64,000 nt of DNA. Source: Candidatus Aceula meridiana (lineage in GTDB: Bacteria > Omnitrophota > Gorgyraeia > Zapsychrales > Aceulaceae). Shown here piece by piece: positions 29,977 through 40,027 of the stretch. The translations under genes and the position numbers were made by a program. The stretch is taken from NCBI GenBank assembly GCA_030765185.1, contig JAVCDE010000033.1, forward strand, positions 74,957 to 138,956. Reading direction: 5' to 3'. A model generated the notes under the pieces. It had not been told where the DNA came from. It searched no databases and was given only the letters and a program-made list of their open reading frames with translations. Each line of letters opens with the position of its first letter. The first letter of the stretch is position 1.

Positions 29977-30150
29977 CCTTGCCCGAATTTATCCCGCGCG
30001 CCAAGCGTGTCGGGGTTACTATTAATTAAGAATGGGATATTCTACCACAATCTTTTGGCAACGCAAAGGCTTACAGAGAAGGCATTAAGATTACACCCTT
30101 TTTTGTTGGAAGCCTAAATAAGGCCATGCTATACTATTTTTCAAAAGGAT

Positions 30151-31770
30151 GTGGTTTTTATGAAAAAAATATTTGTGCGAATCTTGCGCTATCAAAAGCC
30201 TCTTTTTTTATTACTTCTTATTATTGCTGCCGGTGCTATTTTTCTTCCTATTCATAATTTTCAGACTCCTATAGCCCAGGGGGACCATGGCCGAGACCTT
30301 TATGCATTCCAGCAAGTCTCAGAAGGGGCAGTGCCTTACCATGATTTTTGGTGGGTATATGGGCCCCTGACTCCTTATCTTTTTGCATTGATTTTTAAAA
30401 TCTTTGGGGCAAGCATTCAAGCTGCTATTGCCACTCAATTGGCTTTTAAAGTTTGCACGGCCATATTCTTCTACCTTGCCTTAATATGTTTTGCTTCGCC
30501 GATCTTTGCTTTTGCAGGGGCCTTATGGTTTCTAAAATTCCAACCAATATTTCCCCATACATACACTCATTCGTTAGGAATAACCACCTCCGTTGCGATG
30601 ATTTATTTTCTTTTTTGTTACCTTCAATTTTTTCAGAAGAAATATCTTTTTTTTGGATTAGTGGCAGGGTTCTTTCTTTTTTTTATGAAAATAAATTTTG
30701 GCATGGTTAATCTTGCAGCATTTAGTTCTAGTTTCTTAATCTTAAACTATGTCTTTAAAGAAACTCGTGCGCACCAAAAGACATATTTTCTAACTCTTTT
30801 TTCCGCTCTATTCCTTGTTGTTGCCATCCACTGGATTATTCTAAGAGGATTGCCTTTTTATGCCGTCCGCCAGTGCTTTCCTCTTCTTAATACCGACCAT
30901 CCTTACACGGCTTCAGTCTTAACTACTTTTTATGCATTTGTAAAAAACTCCTTATCTGTTGTTTCTAAAACTTGGATAAAACTATTCTTTTCTTCCTTAG
31001 TCTGCTTCTCCTTTGCCAATATCCTCCTTCAGAGTCCTACGACCAAGAAGGAAAAAGAACAAAAATTGAAAACCCTTATCGCCTTATCTTTCCTCGGAAT
31101 TTTCTTCATATTCAACCTTCATGAATTTCTTGTCAGTGGCGTACACTACCGCCTTATATGGGCAAAACCTTTTCAAATAATGCTTCTTTTCCTCGTTTTG
31201 GCGGCTGGTCAGAAGAATCTAAACAAACTGATTAAATCAGCTTTTCTTCTTGTTATTTTTTCCTTAATCACTATTAACCTCATCACCCAAAATAACATCG
31301 TCCGGTATGTTAAACAGCCTGCCTATCGTTTTAAAATTAATAAAACTGATATTTTTACGACAAACCCCCCTGAATGGACTTCAACAATCCGTCAAACAAC
31401 TTACTTTCTTAATGCACAACTTAAAAATAGCGAAACTTTTTTTGCCCTACCCTACGACCCAATATATTACTTCTTAACAAACAAAAAAAGTCCAACTCGC
31501 CAACTTATTTTCTTTGATCACATCAACATCCCTAAAGAACAAGAGATCAAAATTATTGCTGAACTAAACAATAAGGCAGTTAACTACGTTGTTCTCTCAA
31601 ACCGCTGCGATTCCAAAGAACATGGGCTTGGAACTTTTGGCAAAACCTACTGCCCTTTACTCGCGTCTTATATTTTTTCAAATTTTGAGCCGATTCGAAC
31701 CTTCGGGGACTGGACCAATGAGCCCGGATGGGCCTGGAACCATGGGACAAAAATTTTTAGAAGAAAATAA
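30151..31770 (+). CDS. GT-C fold membrane glycosyltransferase (ArnT/PMT-like)
   Basis: GDHG, G.VPY.DF...YGPL motif, many TMs, C-terminal soluble domain with YFL. Confidence 0.75.
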   Translation: MVFMKKIFVRILRYQKPLFLLLLIIAAGAIFLPIHNFQTPIAQGDHGRDLYAFQQVSEGAVPYHDFWWVYGPLTPYLFALIFKIFGASIQAAIATQLAFKVCTAIFFYLALICFASPIFAFAGALWFLKFQPIFPHTYTHSLGITTSVAMIYFLFCYLQFFQKKYLFFGLVAGFFLFFMKINFGMVNLAAFSSSFLILNYVFKETRAHQKTYFLTLFSALFLVVAIHWIILRGLPFYAVRQCFPLLNTDHPYTASVLTTFYAFVKNSLSVVSKTWIKLFFSSLVCFSFANILLQSPTTKKEKEQKLKTLIALSFLGIFFIFNLHEFLVSGVHYRLIWAKPFQIMLLFLVLAAGQKNLNKLIKSAFLLVIFSLITINLITQNNIVRYVKQPAYRFKINKTDIFTTNPPEWTSTIRQTTYFLNAQLKNSETFFALPYDPIYYFLTNKKSPTRQLIFFDHINIPKEQEIKIIAELNNKAVNYVVLSNRCDSKEHGLGTFGKTYCPLLASYIFSNFEPIRTFGDWTNEPGWAWNHGTKIFRRK

Positions 31771-31847
31771 CACAGATTTGAAGTCTTCTCCCGACCTTCA
31801 GACTGCTTGTGCCCTTTAGGGGGCTCTGAGGCTGAAAAAATCACTTT

Positions 31848-31903
31848 CTAACTCATTGACACAAAACAAAAAGGCACACAACTTTTTAAGCTATGTGCCA
31901 AAT
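31848..31903. repeat. 56-bp direct repeat, copy A (includes a minus-strand terminator-like hairpin)
   Basis: 48/56 ungapped identity with 61364-61419. Confidence 0.8.
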
Positions 31904-32017
31904 CAACGAAGATTTATCCTAAAAACTTCACGTCTTAGGACTGCCTCGCCTGCGCTCGGCTAGTACCAGGCCTGAAATGCCGTGGTATCTGTGCCAAGCG
32001 GATAGATAATAACTTAC

Positions 32018-32263
32018 CTATCCACCCTCTATTTCCTTTTCTGCTTCTAGCCAATCGTCCCAATCAGATCCGTGTGCACGGTCTCTCTCTTCATAGAGCT
32101 TATAGGCTCTTTCGGCAATTTTCTTACGGTTAGGCCGTCTCGAATCTTCAAAATCATCTGACTCTTTCTTAAACCCTCCCCTTTTTTTCTTAATATGATT
32201 TCTTTTCTTTTCCGATACTATGTCTTCCTCCATCTCGTTCTTTCTGCCCATCTGATCCTCCAT
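32018..32263 (-). CDS. DUF2934 domain protein
   Basis: IAERAYKLYEER....G....DWLEAE. Confidence 0.85.
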   Translation of the reverse strand: MEDQMGRKNEMEEDIVSEKKRNHIKKKRGGFKKESDDFEDSRRPNRKKIAERAYKLYEERDRAHGSDWDDWLEAEKEIEGG

Positions 32264-32367
32264 TGTTTTTGATAAATTTGCCGCAGATAATTATAAATAA
32301 ACCTTATATATCCTTTTATTTCTTTACGCAAGCTGCCATCAAAAAAAATAGTCAATTACCCTTTCCG

Positions 32368-32964
32368 TTAAAAGACAAAACTATAGGTCACTATTCCGTC
32401 TAGTATCATCTGCGCCCCGATTGTGGCAACAATCAATCCTGTAATACGAATTAATGCTCCCATAAGATTAAAACGAATAAGAATATTGCTAATCATTCGT
32501 GTCTTTGTCATCAAGAATAAATTAATAGCAATGCCAAGGATGATGGCAAAAATTGTTGGCGCAAGCCCATACTGAGATGGAAAGGAAATCGCCGCGGTAA
32601 TCGTGGCTGGGCCTGCGATCATTGGGGAGGCCAAAGGAACAATCGAGGCATCCTCTAATTTCTGATTAGCCTCTGTCTCAAAAAAAAGCCCGCGGTTTAA
32701 AGCCTGCATCCCACGTAGCAAAAGAACCAATCCTCCAACCATCTGAAACGCATAAATATCAACATGAAAAACATATTTTAGAAAAAAATTACCTCCAAAG
32801 GTGAAGATAACCAAAATCGCCATAGCGATTAAAGATGCTTTGACAAGGATGCGGGTTAATCCCTTTTCATCCGACCCCTGTGAAATTGTATGAACGACAA
32901 ATATTTTACTTAAAGGATTAATAAGCGCCAAAAGCGCTAAGGTGCAATTTAAATAAACATTCAT
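32368..32964 (-). CDS. MarC family membrane protein
   Basis: INP, VGG, IVPLASPMIAGPATI, RITGL. Confidence 0.9.
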   Translation of the reverse strand: MNVYLNCTLALLALINPLSKIFVVHTISQGSDEKGLTRILVKASLIAMAILVIFTFGGNFFLKYVFHVDIYAFQMVGGLVLLLRGMQALNRGLFFETEANQKLEDASIVPLASPMIAGPATITAAISFPSQYGLAPTIFAIILGIAINLFLMTKTRMISNILIRFNLMGALIRITGLIVATIGAQMILDGIVTYSFVF

Positions 32965-33046
32965 AAAAGTTCCTTATAATATATATCTTAAACATAGCCA
33001 TACTAATAAGCTTTTACGGAAAAATCAAGAAAAGATTTTCCCTATC

Positions 33047-34123
33047 TTAAAACCATTTTTTTCTCTTAAAAAATGCGAGCATCGTGCCCGTGGTCACTAA
33101 AATCACTGCCCAAAAAAATACATACCCGTATTTCCAGCTGAGTTCAGGCATATTAAAAGACGAGACATCAGTCTTAAAATTCATGCCATAAATCCCGGCA
33201 ATAAATGTCAAAGGAATAAAAATTGCAGCAAAAATAGTCAAAACTTTCATAATTTCATTCATTCGGTTGCTGACCGATGAAAGATAGATGTCGTGCATAC
33301 CCGAAAGCATATCACGAAAGGATTCTATGGTGTCCATAACCTGGATCGTGTGATCATACACATCTCTCAAATATATCCCTGTTTGTTTTTTTATTAACTT
33401 TGATTCATTTCTTTGCAACCCGCTAATAACTTCCCGCAGAGGCCAAATTTGTTTCTTTAAATAAATCATGTCCCGTTTGATTTGATGTATTTCTTGGGCA
33501 ATTTTATTATGCGGATTGAGAACGATGTCGTCTTCTAAATCTTCAAGCTCCTCACCTCTTTTTTCAAGAATGATATAATAATTATCAATAACCGAATCTA
33601 ATAATGTATAGGCTAAATAATCAGCCCCTGCCATCCTAACGCGTCCTTTGCTTTCGCGAATCCGTTGGCGAATAGGGTCAAAAACATCTCCTTCTTTTTC
33701 CTGTATGGAAATAACAAAATTAGAACCTAATACCAAGCTTATTTGCTCATCGATGATTTCATTTACTTTCTCATTAAAATAAATCATCTTAAGAACAATG
33801 AAAATATAATCACCGTAATCTTCCATTTTAGGCCTTTGCCCCAAGCTAACAATATCTTCAGAAACCAAAGGATGTACCCCAAAATGTTCATCAATTTTTT
33901 GAATTGTCTGCGGATCGATGCCAACGATATTGACCCACGTTACCGTAGAAGAATCTTTAAAAGGAAAACATTCCTCAACGCTTTTCACCTTCTTTTCCTG
34001 AAAATTCTTTGCATCATAGTCAAAAACCGTAATGGCAGTTTCTCTGACGATTTTTGCATCCTCGATAACTGTTCCAGGAGGCACTCCAATTGTTTTTGAA
34101 GCTTTCTTAAATAATTGAGGCAT
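33047..34123 (-). CDS. corA: Magnesium/cobalt transporter CorA
   Basis: PPG, QRPK, DVYDH, GIYGMNF, MPEL.WKYGY. Confidence 0.95.
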   Translation of the reverse strand: MPQLFKKASKTIGVPPGTVIEDAKIVRETAITVFDYDAKNFQEKKVKSVEECFPFKDSSTVTWVNIVGIDPQTIQKIDEHFGVHPLVSEDIVSLGQRPKMEDYGDYIFIVLKMIYFNEKVNEIIDEQISLVLGSNFVISIQEKEGDVFDPIRQRIRESKGRVRMAGADYLAYTLLDSVIDNYYIILEKRGEELEDLEDDIVLNPHNKIAQEIHQIKRDMIYLKKQIWPLREVISGLQRNESKLIKKQTGIYLRDVYDHTIQVMDTIESFRDMLSGMHDIYLSSVSNRMNEIMKVLTIFAAIFIPLTFIAGIYGMNFKTDVSSFNMPELSWKYGYVFFWAVILVTTGTMLAFFKRKKWF

Positions 34124-34176
34124 AATTATTCTCCTTGGGTTTAATGATTAACGATACCAATCTACCATTTTTTATT

Positions 34177-34356
34177 CCGTAAGTTTATAAATTTTTATAT
34201 AATCTTCTCTTCCGGAAACTTTTCTACAACCGGCGTCATTTGCAAAGGCAATCATAAAGATGACCTGCTAACCCCTCCGAGGGCAACCGGTGTTTGTCCT
34301 ATATGGATAAACGGCGTATTAATCCAACTTATAAAATCTTTAAAAGTTATGCCCAT
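34177..34356 (-). pseudogene. Truncated gene relic, possibly an MscS-family N-terminus
   Basis: Strong RBS GGGGAGGA and ATG 34356 give MGITFKDFISWINTPFIHIGQTPVALGGVSRSSL*. The same frame continues LPLQMTPVVEKVSGREDYIKIYKLTE*. Confidence 0.35.
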
Positions 34357-34391
34357 TTATCCTCCCCTTGAAAAAGCTTTAGAATCGATAT

Positions 34392-35228
34392 CTATTCTAA
34401 TTTTTGTTTTTTCACAACTTTTTTAACAAATTCAGAATTAGGAAAAATTATCTCTTGATTCCCATCGATAATCTTTGTCGAAGCCAAATCAATGGATTCT
34501 ATTTTACCTTTTAATGCTTCTATCTCGATTAAGTCTCCTTTTTCATAATCCTTTTTGATAAGACGTCCGGCAATTATACTCGTTATAATGTCACGGCCTC
34601 CCACAATGAAGAATATGCTAATAATCAAAGGAACAACTCCGAAAATAATGATAAAAGACTGTGCGATAATCGTGGTCGCCACATCAAGCTGTTCTAATGC
34701 TATCATTGCCGAAAGGCCAATAACAGAATAACCGGCCACTTTGCCTAATGCTTCATAAAATGGAATATTCGCTAGCTTTGAGGTCGCTGTTACAAATTGT
34801 CCCAAAAATCGGCTGATATATATGCCGAGAGACAGTAGCACCAAGGCAACAATAATGTTAGGCATATAAAGGGAGACTTTCTCAAGAAACTGGGAAGCAA
34901 CTTCAAGATTTAAAGCATTGAACACCATAATCAATGTACTAAAAATTACAAGCCAATAAAAACCTAGCCCGATGATTGATGAGGGATTTCTAGTGTATCC
35001 TCCCTTTTGTAAAAAGGCTTTTAAACCTGTTTTTTCCGACACAACATCAAACCCTGAAGCCTTAAGAATCTTTGCGATAATTTTTCTAATAATCACAGCA
35101 CAGATCCAACCAATGGAAAAAATAGCGATGGCAAAAACCAGCCTAGGAATAAATTCAGAAAAAAATTGATAACTTTGCTCTAAGGTTTTAACAACTAGAT
35201 TATTAAATATTTCTTGAAAACGTACCAT
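34392..35228 (-). CDS. Mechanosensitive channel family protein (TM-helix repeat, MscS/CmpX-like)
   Basis: FIPRLVFA and YMPNIIVA repeats, GGRD, GD.IEI, PNS. Confidence 0.85.
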   Translation of the reverse strand: MVRFQEIFNNLVVKTLEQSYQFFSEFIPRLVFAIAIFSIGWICAVIIRKIIAKILKASGFDVVSEKTGLKAFLQKGGYTRNPSSIIGLGFYWLVIFSTLIMVFNALNLEVASQFLEKVSLYMPNIIVALVLLSLGIYISRFLGQFVTATSKLANIPFYEALGKVAGYSVIGLSAMIALEQLDVATTIIAQSFIIIFGVVPLIISIFFIVGGRDIITSIIAGRLIKKDYEKGDLIEIEALKGKIESIDLASTKIIDGNQEIIFPNSEFVKKVVKKQKLE

Positions 35229-35242
35229 TTTCTTACCTCCAG

Positions 35243-36769
35243 TTAATCATCATTTTTAAAAAAATCTTTTAACTTTTTCAAAGGCTTTTCTAGAAACTTC
35301 TCCCATTTCTCAAAAACTTTTTCTATTTTATCTTCCGCTTTTTCAGCTATGACATCCGTGAATTGATCTGTCTTTTTAAAAATATTTTCGGTCCTTTTAA
35401 ACTCTACCATTAAAAAATCCGTTGAACTGGCAATTCCTGTTTGAGGATTAAGATCGTTTTTTAACTGCATAATAACGGCCATCGGTGTCGAAGCCGCCGG
35501 TTCGCTCACCTTGAGAATGAAAAATAATGTTATCGCCTGTATAGCTGCTGAAATCAAGAAAATTAAATGTAAATTAGAAATCTCATAAGAAAACAGCATT
35601 ACATGAAGATTTTCAAATATTTTCGAAAGCCATCCTCCGATAATTGGGGCAATCCCGCCGATGACACCGGTAATAGCCGCAAATAAAGCAAGATATACAG
35701 ACCTGCCTTCCCGGGGAGAAAGCTTGATGAGGATGTTAAATTGTGAAAGAGACACCCCCGCCATAAAGGCACCGGTTAATAAATGCGCTGCTAATATCGG
35801 CATGTAATAATTTTTGGGCAAGGCCACAATCCATAACAATGGTATGGCAGCGAGAATTAAACCGGATACGATAATAACCGGCTTGTTCCCTAGCTTGTCA
35901 GATATGGGTCCCCATATTTTCATCATAAATAATGTCGCCAACATCGCGAATGTCCCGAAGATAGTTATTGTTGAGAAATCGATTTTTAGAATATTGATCA
36001 TAAATACACCATAATAAGGTGCTGCCAGTTGAACGCCAAAAATCCAGCATGAAACATAAATAATAAGTGCAAGAAAGTTCTTATTCTTTAAAGGTTTTAA
36101 GAATAGTGAAAAATCCATTGAGCTTTTTTGCGTCTGCTTAAAAATTTCAACTTCTGGCACACGCATCAAAAACCACGTGGCGATCAATCCTGCTGCCAGG
36201 CCTAAAGAAAAAATTATTATATAGCTGTACGGACTTTCTTCACCGAACCGGCTTTCCCATAACGACAAAAATTTCCCGGCAGCAAGAATAACAACCGTTC
36301 CGCAGGCCGAAGCAATCATATTGCGTTTTCCAAAATACGTCCCCCTGGTGTTTTCCGGGACCAAATCGCTCATCCATGCAAGCCATGCAACTCCTGAAAG
36401 CGAACCCAACAAGCTTGATACTGCGATAACTGCCATCAACACAAAAACGCGCCAATCCGAAAAAGATGAAAAAATCGCTATCGGAAGAATAATAATAACA
36501 ACCCACAGCAACCGGCTTATAACGACACACATAAAACAAAGCATCTTCTTTTTTCCGGTTTTTTCTATTAAATAGGATCCAAAAATCTGAATAAGATTAG
36601 CCAGCATAGGTAGTGCAGCAAGAAATCCGATCTGCTCCGGCCTTGCTTTTAATATCTTTAAAGCAAAGCCCATAAGGAACATCCCTCCGGCAAGAGAGCC
36701 CATAATTGCCGAAAAGGCACCGTCTAGAATAGAAAAAGTTAACGCTTTGTTTTGAATTTTCTCATCCAT
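35243..36769 (-). CDS. MFS transporter with C-terminal soluble tail
   Basis: 12 TMs, W.AWMSDLVP..RG.YFG.R, WG.ISDKLGNK. Confidence 0.88.
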   Translation of the reverse strand: MDEKIQNKALTFSILDGAFSAIMGSLAGGMFLMGFALKILKARPEQIGFLAALPMLANLIQIFGSYLIEKTGKKKMLCFMCVVISRLLWVVIIILPIAIFSSFSDWRVFVLMAVIAVSSLLGSLSGVAWLAWMSDLVPENTRGTYFGKRNMIASACGTVVILAAGKFLSLWESRFGEESPYSYIIIFSLGLAAGLIATWFLMRVPEVEIFKQTQKSSMDFSLFLKPLKNKNFLALIIYVSCWIFGVQLAAPYYGVFMINILKIDFSTITIFGTFAMLATLFMMKIWGPISDKLGNKPVIIVSGLILAAIPLLWIVALPKNYYMPILAAHLLTGAFMAGVSLSQFNILIKLSPREGRSVYLALFAAITGVIGGIAPIIGGWLSKIFENLHVMLFSYEISNLHLIFLISAAIQAITLFFILKVSEPAASTPMAVIMQLKNDLNPQTGIASSTDFLMVEFKRTENIFKKTDQFTDVIAEKAEDKIEKVFEKWEKFLEKPLKKLKDFFKNDD

Positions 36770-36820
36770 TGAAGAACTCCATAAATTTTAAAATTAGGCC
36801 TATCCCTCTTAATGCAAAAC

Positions 36821-37018
36821 CTATCGCCAGTCCCCGGACTTCTTCCCAACAAAAAACCCAATAACAACCCCAACAAGCATCACCAGCGGCAAAAGAATAA
36901 TCCTAGACATGCTTAACTTCCAAAATAAAAATTGTATTGATACAACTTGTGTATTTTGAAAAAAAATAATCGCAAAAATTATTCCGCTTATAAGCAATAT
37001 AACACTCTTAGGTTTCAT
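36821..37018 (-). CDS. LapA/DUF1049 family small membrane protein
   Basis: FFQNTQVV.IQFLFW, two TMs. Confidence 0.82.
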   Translation of the reverse strand: MKPKSVILLISGIIFAIIFFQNTQVVSIQFLFWKLSMSRIILLPLVMLVGVVIGFFVGKKSGDWR

Positions 37019-38072
37019 TCATTCCCCTTTTCAAAGTCTCTTGTCTTTGCTCAACAACATTCCTTCGCTGAACAATCCCCCTTAAAAGCCTTCCTAAAAT
37101 ATCTGCCCCAGTAATAATCCGTCTTTCATGATTCCAATACAAAATGATATCGTTATCAACAACATCGTCTTCCTCATGCTCCGGACGCACTTTAAACTCT
37201 AAAATAACTTCCCCGAGCTTTGTCCCCGGCTGAGTTACGACAATGGGCCTATGGCAATACGTATAAATACTTTTGACCTCTTTGGCATACATCGCATCGC
37301 GTAAAAACTGATCCGCGTTTAAGACAAAAACCGGGCAGCCCTCTTCATTGATGATGATAACCCATTTTTCTTTCGAGGCATTTATCTTTTTCAAAAGGGG
37401 ATCGTCAAAAACCTGCTCATATCTTGGAAACTTTAATAACCCTTTCGGAGTCGTCGGCAACTTTATAATACTCTGAGGGTTAATAATTTCTCCTTCTTCT
37501 TCCGTCTTGATATCATCAATAGCTAAGAAATTAGATGCCCCTAAGCTTTCTAAGAGACTAATATCTGTTAAACCCGATTGCGCGTGTCGATTAAGAAAAA
37601 CCTTAACTTCCTCTTCTTGAAAAAAGCTGGTTTTCTCCTTCCCCAATAAAGCATCCAAGAATAAACCCGTTGGCTTTGCGATAGGAAACAACAAAACCTG
37701 ATAAAGTCGAATGGCCGGAACAAGAAACTTGCTTGACTTAAGGGCATGCCGAGCAAAATACGCCTGAGGGATAATCTCACCGAAAAACGTTATCCCAAAC
37801 GTCGAAAAAATAAATGCCCACAAAATAGGAAAAATTGAACCTATCAAAAGTGTCAGCAAAACATTAACGCTGACATTTCCCCACAAAATCGTTGCTAGCA
37901 GATAATGAGCATCTTTTCTCAAGCTCAAGATTCTTGCGGCATCTGCGTTATTCGCTTCAGCCTGGATTTCAAGCCGTAGACGACTTAATCCGAAAAGTCC
38001 CAAATTAAGACCTGAGAACATAGCCGAATTCGAAATACAAACTAAAATACCGATTATTTTAAGTATTATCAT
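37008..38072 (-). CDS. CNNM/DUF21 domain protein
   Basis: SAMFSGLNLG, L.TILWGNV, FGEIIPQAY. Confidence 0.88.
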   Translation of the reverse strand: MIILKIIGILVCISNSAMFSGLNLGLFGLSRLRLEIQAEANNADAARILSLRKDAHYLLATILWGNVSVNVLLTLLIGSIFPILWAFIFSTFGITFFGEIIPQAYFARHALKSSKFLVPAIRLYQVLLFPIAKPTGLFLDALLGKEKTSFFQEEEVKVFLNRHAQSGLTDISLLESLGASNFLAIDDIKTEEEGEIINPQSIIKLPTTPKGLLKFPRYEQVFDDPLLKKINASKEKWVIIINEEGCPVFVLNADQFLRDAMYAKEVKSIYTYCHRPIVVTQPGTKLGEVILEFKVRPEHEEDDVVDNDIILYWNHERRIITGADILGRLLRGIVQRRNVVEQRQETLKRGMNET

Positions 38073-38087
38073 AAATTTAAAAAATAG

Positions 38088-39110
38088 CTAACCACGAGGA
38101 ACAATACCTCTTAGAAGCCTGCCCAAAAAATCAGCTCCGGTTATAATCCTTTTTTCTTTTTTTCCCCAATAAAGAATAATATCATTATCAACAACATCAT
38201 CTTCGGGGCTTTCCGCCCTTACTTTAAAACTTGCTAAAACTTTTCCAAGATTTATTTTTCCGTCTTTTAAAACAATGGGACGATGGCAATACGTGTAAAT
38301 ACCTTTCGCATGTTCTTCGTCTAAGGCATCTCTTAAAAACCCGTCTGCATTTAAGACATATAAAGGATTTTGAAATTCATCTGCGATAACCACCCATTTT
38401 TCTCCTGAAACATGGACTTTCTGAAGAAAGCTATCTTCAGCGTTTCTTTTAAATTTTGGAAAAATCGGCAACCCTTGTTTATTAGTAGATACGGAGATAA
38501 TACTTTTAGGCGTCAAAACCTCACCCTCATTCTTGATCAATATATCATCAAGCATCAAAAAGTTGGCAGCTCCTACACTCTCGATATGACCGATATCCGT
38601 GCTCGCTGATAAGGCATGTTGTCGCAGTAAAACTAAAATTTCCTTTTCGTTGAAGTAACTTACTTCTTCTTTGCCAAGCCAATAATCTAAAATAATACCG
38701 GTTGGCTTAGAAAAAGGATAAAGAAGAATCTGATAAAATCTAATAATAGGCACGAGGATGGTGCTTGCCTTCAGTGCATATTTAACAAGATAAGCCTGCG
38801 GAATAATCTCTCCAAAGAATGTAACAGCAAAAGTCGAAAAGAGAAATGCCCCTAATCCTGTCAGCACAGAATCAGTTAGTAGGGTCAGCAAAACTATGCT
38901 GGCGACATTACCCCAGAGTAAGGTTGCTAACAAAAAATGGATGTCTTTTCTTAAAGATAGAATCCTCTTGGCGTCAGGATCTTTTAGATCTACCAATACT
39001 TCCAAGCGTAACCGGCTAGACCCAAAAAACCCTAAGTTTAATCCGGAAAACAAACCACAATGGATTAAACTTATGACAACACCTATCCAAATAAATACTT
39101 CCATTCGCAT
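38088..39110 (-). CDS. CNNM/DUF21 domain protein (tandem paralog)
   Basis: Same motifs, shared C-terminus EDDVVDNDIILYW..RIITGAD.LGRLLRGIV. Confidence 0.88.
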   Translation of the reverse strand: MRMEVFIWIGVVISLIHCGLFSGLNLGFFGSSRLRLEVLVDLKDPDAKRILSLRKDIHFLLATLLWGNVASIVLLTLLTDSVLTGLGAFLFSTFAVTFFGEIIPQAYLVKYALKASTILVPIIRFYQILLYPFSKPTGIILDYWLGKEEVSYFNEKEILVLLRQHALSASTDIGHIESVGAANFLMLDDILIKNEGEVLTPKSIISVSTNKQGLPIFPKFKRNAEDSFLQKVHVSGEKWVVIADEFQNPLYVLNADGFLRDALDEEHAKGIYTYCHRPIVLKDGKINLGKVLASFKVRAESPEDDVVDNDIILYWGKKEKRIITGADFLGRLLRGIVPRG

Positions 39111-39282
39111 CTTCCCTTAATATCTTAGGTTTTAAAGACATCCTCTTTACTGCTAGCTGAACTTCTAATCAAAACCTATTTAATCCAAGAACAAAATTAA
39201 AGCTGAAAAAAACATAACAAATTGAAACAAACAGATAAAAATCTTAATCCGTTTTAGAGTATTATTACGACCTTGCCCAAAT

Positions 39283-40005
39283 TCATTTGACGATATCGCA
39301 CATTTCGTTTTTAACAACATCAAGCTTCCCAAAACATATAATTTTATCATTCAATAATATTTTTGTGCTAGCTTTAGGATTTGGAATTATTGAATGATCT
39401 CGCTCAATGGCTAACAAATTAATATCTTTGCCCCTTAAATCTGCTTCAAGAATTGTTTTATTTAATGCAGAGCTCTCCACACAAACATCAATGCTTAATA
39501 CGCCATAACCACCTGTTGACACGACAAGCTCCTCAAAAGAAACAGATTTAATAATATCCTTTTTAATAATTTGTCTTCTCAACAAATCAGTTAATTTCTT
39601 CATATATTTGGATTTAGTAACAAACCGATACATATAATAAATTGTGGCTATAATTATTAATAAGTTAAAGAAAGGTAGTATTTGCGCCGGAATAAACAAA
39701 TCCACGAAAGGAATCTTTATTTTAGGAAATAAAGAGCTCGGACTTAAAGAATTGGCAAATGTTGCGATCAAAGTTACAAGCCCTGCATTACCAAAAACCA
39801 TAAGGACTGAGGCAATCTGCCTTCGCTGAGGATTGCCCGTGATCAACTCTGCTTCTTTGGTTGTAAAACCCGTTCCCGTAAAACATGAAAGAGATTGAAA
39901 TTTTGCCAAAGACCATTCCAGTCCTGTTAACTCAAAAGCAATCGCACCAAGGCGAACCACGATAAAGGAAACAGATATCATAACAATAAATAATAAAAGA
40001 TTCAT
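39283..40005 (-). CDS. TrkA-C (RCK-C) domain membrane protein
   Basis: AKFQSLSCFTGTGFTTKEAE motif, C-terminal LAIER..PNP...D.IICFG. Confidence 0.85.
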   Translation of the reverse strand: MNLLLFIVMISVSFIVVRLGAIAFELTGLEWSLAKFQSLSCFTGTGFTTKEAELITGNPQRRQIASVLMVFGNAGLVTLIATFANSLSPSSLFPKIKIPFVDLFIPAQILPFFNLLIIIATIYYMYRFVTKSKYMKKLTDLLRRQIIKKDIIKSVSFEELVVSTGGYGVLSIDVCVESSALNKTILEADLRGKDINLLAIERDHSIIPNPKASTKILLNDKIICFGKLDVVKNEMCDIVK

Positions 40006-40027
40006 TTATTCCTCCCATTTCTAATTC

